From contig NC_067398.1 of NCBI RefSeq assembly GCF_016432865.1, positions 432,388,001 to 432,452,000 of the forward strand: DNA of 64,000 bases, in the 5' to 3' direction. Both the position numbers and the translations under genes were made by a program. The stretch is from Antechinus flavipes. Taxonomy: Eukaryota. The notes below the pieces were generated by a model. That model saw only the letters and a program-made list of their open reading frames with translations, was not told where the DNA came from and did no database searches. Position 1 is the first letter of the stretch. Each line of letters begins with the position of its first letter. Positions 37,827 to 50,939 of the stretch are shown here, piece after piece.

Positions 37827-39408
37827 GATTTTTATTTGTTTTTTTTTTTTTTTTGTATAGAATCAGTCTTCTGTTAAAAAAAAGTGTTGTTAATTTTGTG
37901 TTGAGATGAACATGGGTTTCCAAGTTTATTTTTTATTTATAAGTATTTCTGCTGATGATAGTTGGTACAATTGTAGAATTTTGCATTGTATTTTAAGTCA
38001 GTATGACTGCTTATATTTAACGTTAGAAAGTCTTTTTTTTTTTTGAGACTCAATCTTATTCAACTGATAGATGGATTTTTGATAATATTATTACCTTGAA
38101 TTGATTGATATGACCAGGAGTGTTCATGAATTTGTGACTCAAGCCTTGGTCCCAGACAGAAGCAGCTAGGTTGGAAGTCAATATGGAGGAGAACGTAGAG
38201 AATGGTGACCTGAAAGAGAAATTGAGAACAGCCACTCATTGTTTGGAAAAGCCAGGAGTGTCTTTGCAACAGTACAACTGGAATGTGAATATTAATCTTA
38301 GAACGAGAGTGACCTATCCATTTGCCTTAAGCACAATTTTTAGTGAGAAAGTGAAGGTCTGAAAGTTGTCTATTGCTTTACAAAGCAAGGCAGAGTTTTG
38401 TAGATAGCTAGGGCTGCACAGATAGAGGAGTGAGACCTCAAGGGATGCCACACAATGCTAACAGCCTGCCCTGCCTTAGAAATTCTTAAAAATGAAAAAC
38501 TGTTGATAACACTGTTAGTCAAAAAAAATTTTAAAGAGCATTTTGGCAACTCTGGGAAGAGATGAGCCTCCAGTTGTGCTGATTAAAAAGAACTAATCTC
38601 ATTTGAAGTACTCTGAATTTTCCAGCAGTCAAGAATGAATTTAGTCTATTATCAGAAATAATTCAGAAGGCTAATAAGATAAGCTGGAAAGAATGAACCA
38701 GTCTCTTATCCTAGCTTTTGATAAATTGCCCAAAGACAGCAACTGCAACTATCTATTTCTTCCCATATGTCTATAAAGGAATTTAAGTTTTAAATAGGAA
38801 AAAAACCAAAAACCAATAAACATTCAACAATGTTTTGTCCAAAAGTAGCAAGCTTAACCTAAGCCAGTAATTCTAAGATTTTTTTTTTTTTAAAAAGCAA
38901 CAGAACAAGGAAAAAAAAAGTGGAAAATTATCCAACTTTTTCTATGAAGCTGGGAAAAAATGCTAAAAATTGAATATGCTAACTTTATGTTATGAAGAGT
39001 AAAGAATAATGAAGTTGATGTGAATGAATAATTTAAATGAGAATGTCCCTTTTAGGATTACAAAATTATGCTGGACCAAGTATTAGAATTTATTCTTTGA
39101 TACTTTGATTAATCTGATATCTCATCAATGTAGGTGCAGATCACAACACTATTGTGCAATTCAAGTTCACTACCTTCCATAAATACTCAATATAGGATCC
39201 ACCCAATGTCCTAAGCATGATCCTCTAGTTTTATTAACATTGCACAAATATTAATGCTGTTTGAAACAACAATCTATGCACTGAAAGGAAGATGAACTAT
39301 GAAGTTAGCAATTCTCCAGGAAGATTTGGTTTTCATTTTGACATCTAAAAGAACTGTATACTCTTTTAAGCTCTAAGGCAAGTGACAAACAACTAAACTA
39401 CATTTCTT

Positions 39409-39726
39409 TAAAAAACTATTTTTTCTCAATAATATTTTATTTTTTCAAATATATATAGATACTTTTCAACATTTGTTTTCTAATTTTTCTCACTCCTTTC
39501 CTTACCTTCTCCCTCCCCAAGACAGCAAGCAATTTGCTATAGGGTAAATATATACAATCTCTTGTCATTTTGTATAAGAAAAGTCAGACCAAAAGGGTCT
39601 GATTATGAGAAAGAAAAGACAAACAAGCAAAAAATAAAAATAAAAATAGTATGCTTTTTTCTCACAGTCTCCACAGTTCTCTTTCTGGATGCAAATGGCA
39701 TTTTCCATTCCAAATCTATTGAAATT
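39409..39726 (-). mobile_element. 5'-truncated L1 3' end
   Basis: L1 3'UTR text; TSD taaactacatttctt(39394-39408)/taaactatatttctt(39727-39741), consistent with L1 endonuclease TTTT/AA. Confidence 0.88.
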
Positions 39727-40589
39727 TAAACTATATTTCTTAAATGAAGGGACCATCGTTTTCTCTGTCATTGATCTAATCTTCATCATGACCACTTGTC
39801 CCTCCATCCCTCAATTCTTTTCTAGAGGCCAAAACCTTTCATTGAATACTCTCTATTCTGTTTGCTATCTTGACTCCTTGATGACCCAGTTTAACTCTTC
39901 AGTTCTCCATATACTCTATAATCTAGTGGCACTGGTCTTGTCCTTCCTCTTACATTAAACTCCTCATGATTCCATTCCTTATTTTAAAGGAAGCAGGGTC
40001 CATGGCAGGGGCTGAATTGATATAAATGCAAATTGTATAGCAGACTATTAAGTGGTCTGTATTATGTCTCAAATAGAGGAATTGAACCATCTTCAAATTT
40101 GAAGATGCAAATCACAAATCTTGACCTTCCCAAGTACAAACAGAAGTTTGATTCAGGGTTTAAAAAATAATTATGTTGATTTAAACATCATATATATTTT
40201 GACTTTACATAAAGCTTAAAGTGGTGAAAGAACAATTAATTTGAAGAAATTCAATGTTTGTTGAACAAATGAATAAAATGCTAATTTATTCAGTTACCAG
40301 AGAAATCAAATGAATATAAAACCTTACTGAATTAAATATTTGGAAAATATTTTTTTTCCTAAAATATTGATGTGAACTACATAATACTAAAATGGACTTT
40401 TAATTTCACCGGTGTGGATATTCCCTCCAATGAATGGGATGTGCTTTTCTCCTTTCCTCTAACACAGCTTCATGTGTTCTCTAACACTATTAGAATGTAC
40501 GCTCTTGAGGGCATAATTTGTCTTTCTTGTTTGTATTTATATTTCCAGTGCTAAGTCTTTCCTTGTCTTTTTGAAATTATCTATTTCTA

Positions 40590-40930
40590 ATTTCTTATAG
40601 TGAAAGAATATTTATCCTACTCATTACTACCGTAATGATGATCATTCCTTTAGTTTCAAGTTTTTTACCACCAAAAAAAGAGATGCCATAATTTTTTTGT
40701 ACATGAAAATCCTTTTGTGTGTGTGTGTGTGTTTCTTTGATCTTTTGAGGCTGTAAACCTTGCAATGGTATAGTTGGGCACACACTGTTTAGTAAATTTT
40801 CTGCATGTATAATCCTATTTGACTTTCCAGAATGGTTATATCCAACACAGATCCATGTACCTGTTTTCCTGCAACACTTTTAACATTGATCATATTCCTG
40901 TTTTTTCATCTTTACTAATTGTTGATTTTA
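40590..40930 (-). mobile_element. Older L1 ORF2 3' fragment
   Basis: ttcctttagtttcaagtttttta..gatctttttgagg..ggtatagttgggca..tttccagaatggtt. Confidence 0.6.
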
Positions 40931-41071
40931 TCGGTAGATGAAGATGATATATTATCATTTGCAAGATGAAGGATATGACCATCTTCATGTAGCTAAAGTA
41001 TAGTGGAGAAGTAGGTTAAGAATTGAATAGGTTGAGAAATTGGGAAGTTAAGGTTTTGGAAGGAGTAGGAA

Positions 41072-41160
41072 TATATATATATATATATATGTATATACAC
41101 ACACACATACATATATATGTGTATACATATATATACACATATATATGTATGTATATATAT
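41072..41160. repeat. (TA)n/(CA)n microsatellite
   Basis: Read directly from the sequence. Confidence 0.9.
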
Positions 41161-41901
41161 AGTTGAAGCCTTCTGGAATAAAAATAGGAAATAAGAAGAG
41201 GAAGATAGTGAAACAGCCCAAACCTTATTGAGGATGAAAGGAAAATGTATTAGGGATCTACAGGGATCAGGATTGGTTGATAAATTTAAATGTTTTGTAC
41301 CTTAAAAAAAGGAGGAAAGATTGCTTAGTGAAGCTGATAATGGGATGATCTGAAAAAAGGGAGAGAAAATGAAGCATTGTGACTTATAGTGATTTGAAAG
41401 TATGTGTACAGAAATGATAGCCAGTACTGAAGAGGATGACTAGGAAGTGACACCATTGTGGAAAATGGCTGATATATATCTCTTTCTGCTTGGCAAATAA
41501 GCCAAATGTTTGCTTATAGGTATTTGAAGCTTTTTTGATTTTATCAGAATAGATTTACTTGAACTTTTGATATTATTATAATTTACATTTATATTTTTAA
41601 AAATATCCTAGTACCATTTAAAATGATCAATAATGTGTTTCAATAAGACAATGTGAATTTTTTAAACACATGACACATTTTCCTAATTTTATTCTTTCCT
41701 TCAATTTTGTACTAAAACCTATGTTCATACATAGTCAATGGTCTTATCATACACTATTAGCCAATTCAGAAGTAACTTTTAAAATAGTAAATAATAATAA
41801 TATTAGTACATTTAATTAATAAGAATTAAATGATCAATAATTAACAATAGTGATAATAACAGTAATAATAATAATAAAATATGATAACAGTAATGATAAT
41901 A

Positions 41902-42323
41902 TGTAGTGTCCAGACTAGCTTTCTGGAGGATCCCTGGATGGGCCTTGGTCTTTAGGTGGAGAAGTGATGAAGGCAGGAAAGCCACCACGAGGCTGGTCAA
42001 AGATGGAATCTGGAGTGTTGAGTCTGAAGTCTTCTCTGTGTCTGTGGCTGAGACTCTGTTCCCAGTCCCTCTCAGCCCTTAAATACCCCAAGACAATTAC
42101 ATTACTACAGCACTGATCAGGTGCCAATGGTTTACAGCTGGGAGGGGCTTTTTAGCATTTACATTCCTCTCTACTCCCTCCTCACTCCAACACATCATTA
42201 CATCCCATTAAGTATATGTTTAACTAGAGAATCATTATCCCATCAATCACACTGAGTAGGTGCTTAACTAAAAGCACCCTGCTGTCCTTGATTCAAGTAT
42301 ACCTTTCCAGAGTTCTCTCTACA
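41902..42323 (-). mobile_element. Solo ERV LTR
   Basis: Inverted termini tgtag...ctaca; minus-strand ggggtatttaag TATA-like box; inserted in an (AAT)n tract, so the TSD is ambiguous. Confidence 0.7.
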
Positions 42324-42415
42324 ATAATAAATAATAGTAATGCATCATTTCTTAATCATTAAAATATACTAATTTGGGGGGTAATGTTACTTGGTGTTTG
42401 CCACATGTAAGACCT

Positions 42416-42676
42416 TGTTGTTGTTATTCAGTTATTTTCATTCGTGTCTGACTCTTCATGACCGAAATTCTGATTTTCTTGGCAAAGATCCTGAAGTGGG
42501 TTTGCAGGTTTCTTTTCCAGCTCATTTTACTGATGAAGAAACTGACGCAAATAGGGTTAAGTGACTTGTTCAGGGCGATACAGCTAATCAGTGTCAGAAG
42601 TCACATTTGAACTCAGGAAAAGGAATCTTTCTAACTCTCCACCTGGAAGTCTATTCATTGAACCATCTCATTGCCC
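42416..42676 (-). mobile_element. Mar1-type SINE
   Basis: cgtgtctgactcttcatgacc..tttcttggcaaagatcctgaagtgg..ccagctcattttactgatgaagaaactga. Confidence 0.85.
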
Positions 42677-43019
42677 ATCCTTTAAAGTCTAATTCATGTA
42701 CTAATATCTTATGTTTTTATCATCTACATTTATCTATATAAAGCTGTCTATTCATTATCCCAGGAAAGAAAAAAGAAAGAAAAAAAAGAAGAAAACATAA
42801 CTCAGTATAACTAACCAGAGTTCCACACCCAAGCTAAGGAAAGAAAGTAAATTATTATAACTCTTCTTTGGGGCCAACCTTAGTCATTATAGTTTCATAG
42901 CATTTATTGTTGTTTGTTCAATTTAAATGTCATTGTATAACTTGCTTTATTAGGTCTGCTTATTTTACATTGCATCATTTCACAAGTCTTTCATTGGTCC
43001 TTTGTATTCTTCATATTGA

Positions 43020-43240
43020 TAGCTAAATGGCACAACAGAGAGCACTAAGGTTGATTTCAGAAACACCTGAGTTCAAATCTTGACTCTATACTTAACTTAT
43101 AGGTCATGTAGACCCTGGGCAAGTCACTTAACCCTCAGTTTCTCATCTGCAAAATGGGGACACACTGGAGAAGGGAATAGCAAATATTTGCCATAATGGG
43201 GTCAGATGATATTGAACATGAATGAATGACTGAACACACA
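43020..43240 (+). mobile_element. Mar1-type SINE
   Basis: agctaaatggcac..cctgagttcaaatc..ctgggcaagtcacttaacc..ggagaagggaatagcaaa..gactgaac. Confidence 0.8.
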
Positions 43241-43249
43241 ATAATGAGC

Positions 43250-43880
43250 ACATTCTTCATATTCATTGTTTCTTAAGTGTAATATCCCATTATCTTATCG
43301 ATGTATTTAGCCATACCTCAAGGAATGGATGGATATCTACTTTGTTTCTATTTTTTTGCTACTAAAAAAATGTTGCTATATCTATTTTGGTGAATATAGT
43401 ACTTAAAAATTATTGACTCCCTTGGGATTGGCATCTGGTATTGGGATCTTTTGGACACTTTAGCCACTTTCTTAACATAATTTTAAATTGCTTTCCAAAA
43501 ATCACTGGACCAATTCACAACTCCATTATCATTCTGCTTGTCTTTTCATAACTCTATCACCATTTTGGGTCTTCTTGCCAGTCTGAGGGTATAGAATGAC
43601 ATCAACGTTGTTTAGATTTTTCTTATCTAACTATTAGTGATTTGGTGAAAAATTTCATGTGGTTCTTAAAGGCTTGCAGTTCTTTTAATAATTGTTTATT
43701 AATAACCTTTTACAACTTAAATATTGGGAAGTGACTTTTGGTCCTGAACATTTTATTAATTTTTTTGTATCTTGGACGTAAGAACCTTAAGAGAAAGAGT
43801 TAATGGGGAAAAAACAAACAAACCCCAATTGATCACTTCCTTTCTTCTTCTTTTTGTATCAATTTTGTTTGTGTAAAAAT
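43250..43880 (-). mobile_element. Older L1 ORF2 3' fragment
   Basis: atttagccatacc..ttttttgctactaaaaaaatgttgctata..aaattgctttccaaaa..ggaccaattcacaactcc. Confidence 0.65.
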
Positions 43881-44113
43881 CTTGCCAGTGATGGTGGCAC
43901 TTTTGAACTTAATATTTTTTGAGTGAAGTGTAGCTAAAACTAACCCTATATCTGCATCCCGGCTGAAACAAATATGATGAATCTTTGAAAGATGAAGAAT
44001 ACCAGGCTGCCTAATGGAGGCATGAAGCAGCCTAGATTAGTGTGAGAAATTGATTTATTTGGTTTCCATAGTATAAAAATTAAATTGGAGAAATGAAACT
44101 CAAATTATAAAAT

Positions 44114-44568
44114 TGATACCCACAGGGCGATTGGGGTGGAGGCTATCTCCCTCCACCCCTCCCCAAAAGAAAGTATGAATATAAGCCCCTTAGGGGTTTT
44201 TGTTTTGTTTCTTTTGTTCTTTGTCCCTAGTTTTCCATTGTTATCTTCCCTTTCTAGGATGGAAGTTCCCTAGGGGCAGGGACTGCATTAAGGGAAATGT
44301 CCTACTCTGATAAGCTTTTGATAGCCTCTGGTTTTCTGATTTCCTAGTTTTAGAAACTGAACCTTAGAAACCCTAGCCAATAGAGAAGGGATCAGGAGGT
44401 TAGGAAAGGGAGTTCCAGTAGGGGAATAGAAAGGGAATGCCCTTTGTCTGAGTGTGTTCATCTCCTTAAAACCATACTTTGTATGTCAGAGACTGCCCAC
44501 CCTTTCTCATGAGAAAGAATATTTTTCCTATACTCGGATTGTTTTAGTGGTTGCTACTGTTCCACACA
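44114..44568. mobile_element. Possible LTR
   Basis: TG...CA-bounded, GC-richer block with a CCAAT box (gccaatag); no TSD or AATAAA found. Confidence 0.35.
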
Positions 44569-44934
44569 GTTAGGAATGGATCAAATCAAATTTTCTGGAT
44601 CCATCGACAATGATATCATGCTATGACTGACTGTTTTACTTTCAACCTGGGCAAGATAGAGAAAGTATTTTTTTTTAATAATAAAATTACCTGTTTTTCC
44701 ATCTATGATTACTTCTGTCTAAACTCTAAATCAAATGATACCTCTCCCATGAACCTTTTTCTCTATCCAGGTGGTAGCAGAAAATCAAACCAAACTTTAC
44801 TTATACAAGAATCTCTTTTGTGATATATCAGCCAATTGATTGTCTATGTTTGTTTAAAGACCTCTAATGAAAGTGAACCCAATATCTAATTAGGTCATTA
44901 ATGAATGGATTTTTTGTTGTTGTTGTTGCTGAAT

Positions 44935-45245
44935 TCTGCACCTGCCTACCTTCAACCACCTAGATTTCTTAGGAACCATCCTTTAAACCCAAAACACTGA
45001 TTCTTATTGATAAGTCACCTATAGTTCTCAGGCCAAGATACTTTTGGTCATCTTTTGGGTCAGGATTGACTCAGATTGAATGTAATAGTCAATTCTACTT
45101 TGGCCAGAAGCCCTGAAGGTCTTTCCCTCCAGATTTATTTATTTATTTAGGTTTGTGGACTAGGTGAGAGAGGAGATTCTTTGCCTCAATTGCTATCTAG
45201 CCTTAATCACTGAATGGAGGTGATCTTAGTCAAATTAAAACCTGT
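44935..45245 (+). mobile_element. RTE-related (WALLSI-like) repeat fragment
   Basis: cctagatttcttaggaaccatcctttaaaccc..cttattgat and ctagccttaatcactgaatgg match 11650-11720 and 12345-12370. Confidence 0.55.
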
Positions 45246-46609
45246 GTTTTAAAAATCAATTTTAAGTTTTGAGGATATTTTGAGAATATTTAGAAAACTC
45301 AGATTGAATATAGTAATTAGGATTTTTCACTAACTTGATATGATCAATGAAATAACCTAGAATGCCAAATATGAGGACATGCATATGTCATTATTTTTAT
45401 GTGATATTTCCATCTGTATAATTGCAAATTTCTTGAGAGCAGGTACCATTCCATTTTTTCATCTCTGTATTCCCAGGATGTTGAACAGTTTTTTGTACAT
45501 AGTATGTGCTTAATTAATATTTATTGGACTTTTATTGAAAATCACCTTCTGTATGTCTGTAAAACATCTTTTATTAAAGCTTATTAGTGCCCCTTCCCCT
45601 GCCCACCACTTCATCTTCTTAGGTGGCCTCCTCTACAAAGTACAAATAAACACTCATGTTTGAAGATGTTTCCAGACTTCAAATAGGATAATACAATTAA
45701 ATAGATATGTTTCCTTCTCAGACCTTTTTTTTCCAAAAAGAATATTTTACAAGTTCTTGGTTGTCACTATGATTATCATAAACAAAATCTAAGCAGTAAT
45801 TGGTACCAAGTTTATTTTTTGTTTTGCAATACCTTCCACTGGGAAATAGATCAAGGACTCCGACCTATTGCATAAATTTTGAATCCAGTCAAATTAGGAA
45901 AGATTGATTAATATTTTTGTTTTCTTTAAATAAAAAAGCCCTAATTTTTCCCCAAGGATTTTGGTTGTGGCTTCCTGTGTTTAATTAGTTTGAATCATTC
46001 CCCTTTTCATATCAGAGCAAAACATGGAATTTTATGCTATTTTGTCTCTAGAAATAGTTCTATGAAACCATGTACTAATTTAATTTGTTGTTATTTTATC
46101 TCTGGTTGGTTTATGCGAAGTGATAGCTCAGCCTGATAATGAGAAGACATACTTGAACCCTGGAGTGCAAATAGATACTGGTTATAACCTCCAGTCTTAC
46201 TTCAACTCAACTTTACACAAAGTTGTGTACCTGAGGAATAGTGGTTACTATCAGTCTTCAGAGCGCTTCTTTGCTTCTTTCTCAGTGGATAGTAAATAAG
46301 CAGGGAAGGGTGTATATAATATTGTTAGAAATAATACTCTGACTCCCCAAAGTGTGCAGTAAATGAATAGATTCAGGATAAATGAAGTAGCTTAAACTTT
46401 TTAATACACTCCTGTAGGAGCAGATGTGAAAACTCCATAGTATATCCACACAAACATAGGGCCGACAATTATATCCTATAATCCCACCCCAACCCCATCT
46501 CCTCCTCCTTCCCAGTTTCCATTGGAAGAGACCTTTCAGAAGTCTCACATGTCATTTCACTCCAATACATACACTCCTTAATATGTTCCTCCTCCTTGAT
46601 CATATATTC

Positions 46610-46922
46610 TGTGGTCTGTTAATGAGGCTCGAATTTTGTGTGGGATATGTTAGCTACTATATATGAGGCTTCTTAAGCAACAACACTTGCAAAAAGCTTG
46701 TGTCCTGTCAGTGAACCCAAGTGGTTTGGGCCAGTTTTAGATCTGAGGCACCTTATCAGAAACTTTATGTTTGGTTAGCTTCTTGAATCACAAGGAAGTA
46801 TCTTAAAAGGATGCTCCAACCCTTTTCCCCATCCTGATTTTATATGTGAATAAATTCTTCTGTGACTACAATCACTCCTGCCGACCAAAATCGTATAGAC
46901 TGCTGATTTGACTCCCCCTCCA
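46610..46922 (+). mobile_element. Short solo LTR (313 bp)
   Basis: tgtggtc...ccccctcca with perfect 4 bp TSD ATTC (46606-46609, 46923-46926); TATA-like tcttaaaagg near 46800 and aataaa near 46848. Confidence 0.55.
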
Positions 46923-49900
46923 ATTCTGTATCTTCACAGACAAGTCACATAGTGGAAACAGAACATTGTTCTCCCACCATTTCTAACAACATATATGTAT
47001 GTGTATGTTTATAAAAGATAGGAGAGAAATATGGTATAGAAGATATAAAGACTAATCTTAGAGTTTAGAATATGTGGCTTCTAATCCTTCCTCTGACACA
47101 CTTTGACTGGGCCTGTAACCACGTCCACCAATTCTCCCAGTTTTACTATTCTGTCAAAAAAGTGAAGGGCAGTCCTTGATGAAGCTGTGGAGGTTCTTGG
47201 TTATGAAACAAGCTTTGTAGATCTTTACTAACCATATCTTTAAAGATTCAATCTAAAATATTCTCAGAAATTGAAATAAAGTCCATGGCCTACAATTTGA
47301 ACATTTGGTTTTTTTCCTTAATATTTGCCCTTTTCTAGGACTTCTGATATTTCCTACACACTTTTGATATTGACAATAGCTTATGTGCCCCCTTTTATTT
47401 TTAATACTCAAGAATGAAGTTCATTTGGGTTAGGTGACTTGAATTCTCAGAAGGCAGTTCCGTCTATCCATTACTTGGTCTTCACTTTCATTACATAATA
47501 AGATTATTTCCTTGTCATTGATGATATTCATACACTTGTCCATAGTTTCACAGGCAGTCAGTATTAGGATAGTAATTTGAATCTAGTCCTCTGATTCCAA
47601 GGTCAGTAGTTTCCCCCTCCTTCTCAATGGCACCGTTGTTATGTTTATTGAGAACAGCAAACTGACATAATGGAAATATCAATGAATTTAAAATCATAGG
47701 TAATTTTATATTTAGGATCTAATGATGTCATTTCAACATTAAAAAAAAAAAAAGTTTGGTTTAAATTTTTCCTTAGAAATGGGCTCATCTTATTCTTGAA
47801 GATCTGTATTGAGGAGGACTCTACCAGAGAGAGGGAATTTTTTCAGTCAGAGATTTCCTCATCATAGAATCCTTAGCTTTTTTCAGAACATGGCTTAATT
47901 ACCACTCCTTTCAGAAAACCTAATCCGACTCCTATTTGGGGTACATTTTGTATTTAATTTTCTATGTACATGTTATTTTCTGCTCCTCCATCCCTCAATA
48001 GAAGATATACTCCTTGAAAGCAGAGAATATTGTGTGTTTTATTTTTGTTTGTTTGTTTCCACCTCTTAGTATAGTACCTGGTACATATTAGGTATTAGTT
48101 CTGGAACATAGTAGGTAGGTACTACTGAATAAATTCTTATTGTATTATTGAATCAATAATTAGAACTTATAACTTTCTTTTTTAAATAGAGGGTTTATCT
48201 TTTCAAAAATATTTTTCTGTGTGAAGATGAAATTCCTTAGACTCCATAAGCTCTTTTGACAGTTGGACAGTGACACTGTTCTCAGTTTTGTGTTGTTACT
48301 CTGTAAAATGGCAGTGGAAAGAAAATCAGTATCAACACTAACAATAGCCCAAAGATAAAGAAAAGTAACACATCAAATTTGTTTGAAAAGAAACAATATT
48401 TATTAAGAAATTATATGTTGAATTCTCCTACAGTCTCTGTAAACATGGACTCTTCCATGTCCATAGCACAAGACAATAGCTATAGCATCTGGAGAACATT
48501 TGGGATACTGAATAATGGAAATCTCCTATGATCAGAAGATGAATGAAGTGTCAAATCTCATTTAAAATTTTGGATTTGAGGAAAGAACTGTCATTTCACT
48601 TGAGAGGAAATGGGGATATCATTTGCACTGGTATGGTTATTTCTTAGGGTGAGTCTGTACCTCTGACTGAGGTATCACTCAGAAAGATTGTTAATAATTG
48701 GCTTGTCCCTGATTAGGGGAGCTGAGCATGCTCATTTTAAAGACATCAGGTGAAAATGATAAGCTTGAATGATTCATATCTTGTTTGAAAAATTTGCATT
48801 CTTCAGCATTTCTCAACAGTGCATATAGAGAACAGAAATATAACTTTGCATTGGTATTTTATGCTTATGAACTGAAGTTTTAACTAGAAAGTCTAAAAAT
48901 GAAAAGTAATGAGAACTAGCATACAACATGTCTAATCATAACATGATATTGTTAGAATTAAGCTTTAAACAGATAATTGCGATATCACCTGACTTTAAAT
49001 ATAATAAACAGCAAAACATGCTAATCATAAAAATAGCTTTTACAAATATACATTTGTATACAGTGTCTCCCTTACCTTTTATATATGTCCTTCACATTAT
49101 CATACAGTACACTGGCCTTTAAGACATCAAAATAAAAAAAAAAAAAATAGACCAATCATTTGCCAGAAAAAAAAAAAAAAGCACACTTTACAATCTAAAC
49201 CATAAAAATCTGACAATTGTACAGCTCAAAACATATAAGAAATGGAGTTTCTAAGGTAGAACAATAACGTCCATTTTGTTTACTTGAGTTTTCATACAAA
49301 TTTGATTGAAGATGTTGCTATTCAGTAAGAAACCGCAGTTCACATTTCTGGGGGAGGGTGGTCACAGTTTCTCTTTTCATCATATACAGGCATCATATAT
49401 GACTTCAGATCACTTTATCTGTAGAAACTGAGAGAAGATATACATATATATTTAATATAAAACCTATGACTTTGTTATTGTAGCACACACATATAGACAG
49501 ATTTGGATTTAAGACTAAGGAAAGATTGAAGCATAATGAACTCATTTGTCATTTTTTAAGACACTCTCATCTTGCCATTAAAAGTTGTACATTCTGTTAC
49601 CTTGAAGATTTTTTTAAAAAGGAAAACCTTTGTTACATTCATTAATCACTTGTCTGACAATAATTTTGTCCATATAGGAAAACAGAATTATCAAAGCAAT
49701 CAAAAAATTCCTTATATTTCATTTTCTTCTGACAGTCACTAAAGCTGATATTCTGACCTAAGTATTGGAGAATGTGATGATCTCTCAATTAGAAGAATTA
49801 TAGAATTTAGAGCTAGAAAGGACCTTAAAGATCATGAATCCCGCTTCTTCATTTGACATCTAAGATAAATAATGCTGAAAAGATTTTAAAAAATTGCTCA

Positions 49901-50939
49901 AGGTCACCAAATTAGAATGAAGTGAAGACAGATTTATATCTAGGTACTCTAGATTCTTAACCTCGTCCTCTTTTCAAAATGTGTCAATTTCTAAGAAGAG
50001 GCAAACTTCTGAAACCTTCATGTGAAGCTAGAGGATGAAATCCTTGGGTTAGCCTTTTTTAAAAAAAAAAAATATATATATATATATTGAAGGAAGAGGA
50101 AGATCAAAAAAAAGGATAATATAATGCATGGAGTAGATGACAGAATTGTTAAAATTAACTATCTGAAATAGAAAGAAACTGAGGTACAAAGTTATAGAAC
50201 ATTTATGATTTAATTTACAAAGTTAACATTTGCATATCAAATGTCAGAGACTGGGGTGATTTACAGAGTTGATTTTTATTACAGAATAAAGGATTAAAAA
50301 AATTTACAGAAACTTGTTTTAAACATAATTTAACTGATCAAAGAAGGTTATTTGACTAGTTAGTTTCTCTGAAACTTTTGTCACCCAAATTTGTACTGCT
50401 AGCAACATATCTATCTGCCAAAGTGAGATTGCCCCAAAAGTCTTTACAGCTGATTCCTTTTGTAATCAGAAAGCTCACTTTAAAGGGGAACTTGAAATTT
50501 GTGCTTAGTAGACACCATACCTCCCTCATTTTCCAACCAAGATTATATTAGTCATCTTAGATTTTCTCTAGCTCTAGAAAAAGTGAAACTATCCACTAAG
50601 ATTGAAAAAAGGAACTCAATCTTTAGTCACAGCAATAAGAGAAGTGATAAAGGAATACAAAACAACTCAACTGATTCTGTTTTTTTTTTTTTTTTTAACT
50701 AGGAGAATAATTTCTGTATCATAGGTTTAAATCTATAAAGTATATTACATGTCCACCTTATCCCCCACTTACAGATGAAGAAACTAAGTAAAGTGACTTA
50801 TCAGAACCTGGTTCCTCCTGGCTCCAAGTCTATATGCCACACTGAATATACACAACAACACAACAACAACAAATGACAAAAAGGGAGATAACCCAATTTG
50901 TACAGATAGCAGGAAAGTGATTACTAGATGATCTTGATC

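Noticed and set aside
46084-46290. Open frame (..EVIAQPDNEKTYLNPGVQIDTGY..) as a possible exon
   Set aside because: No convincing splice sites in frame and no recognisable homology; a BLASTX would settle it.
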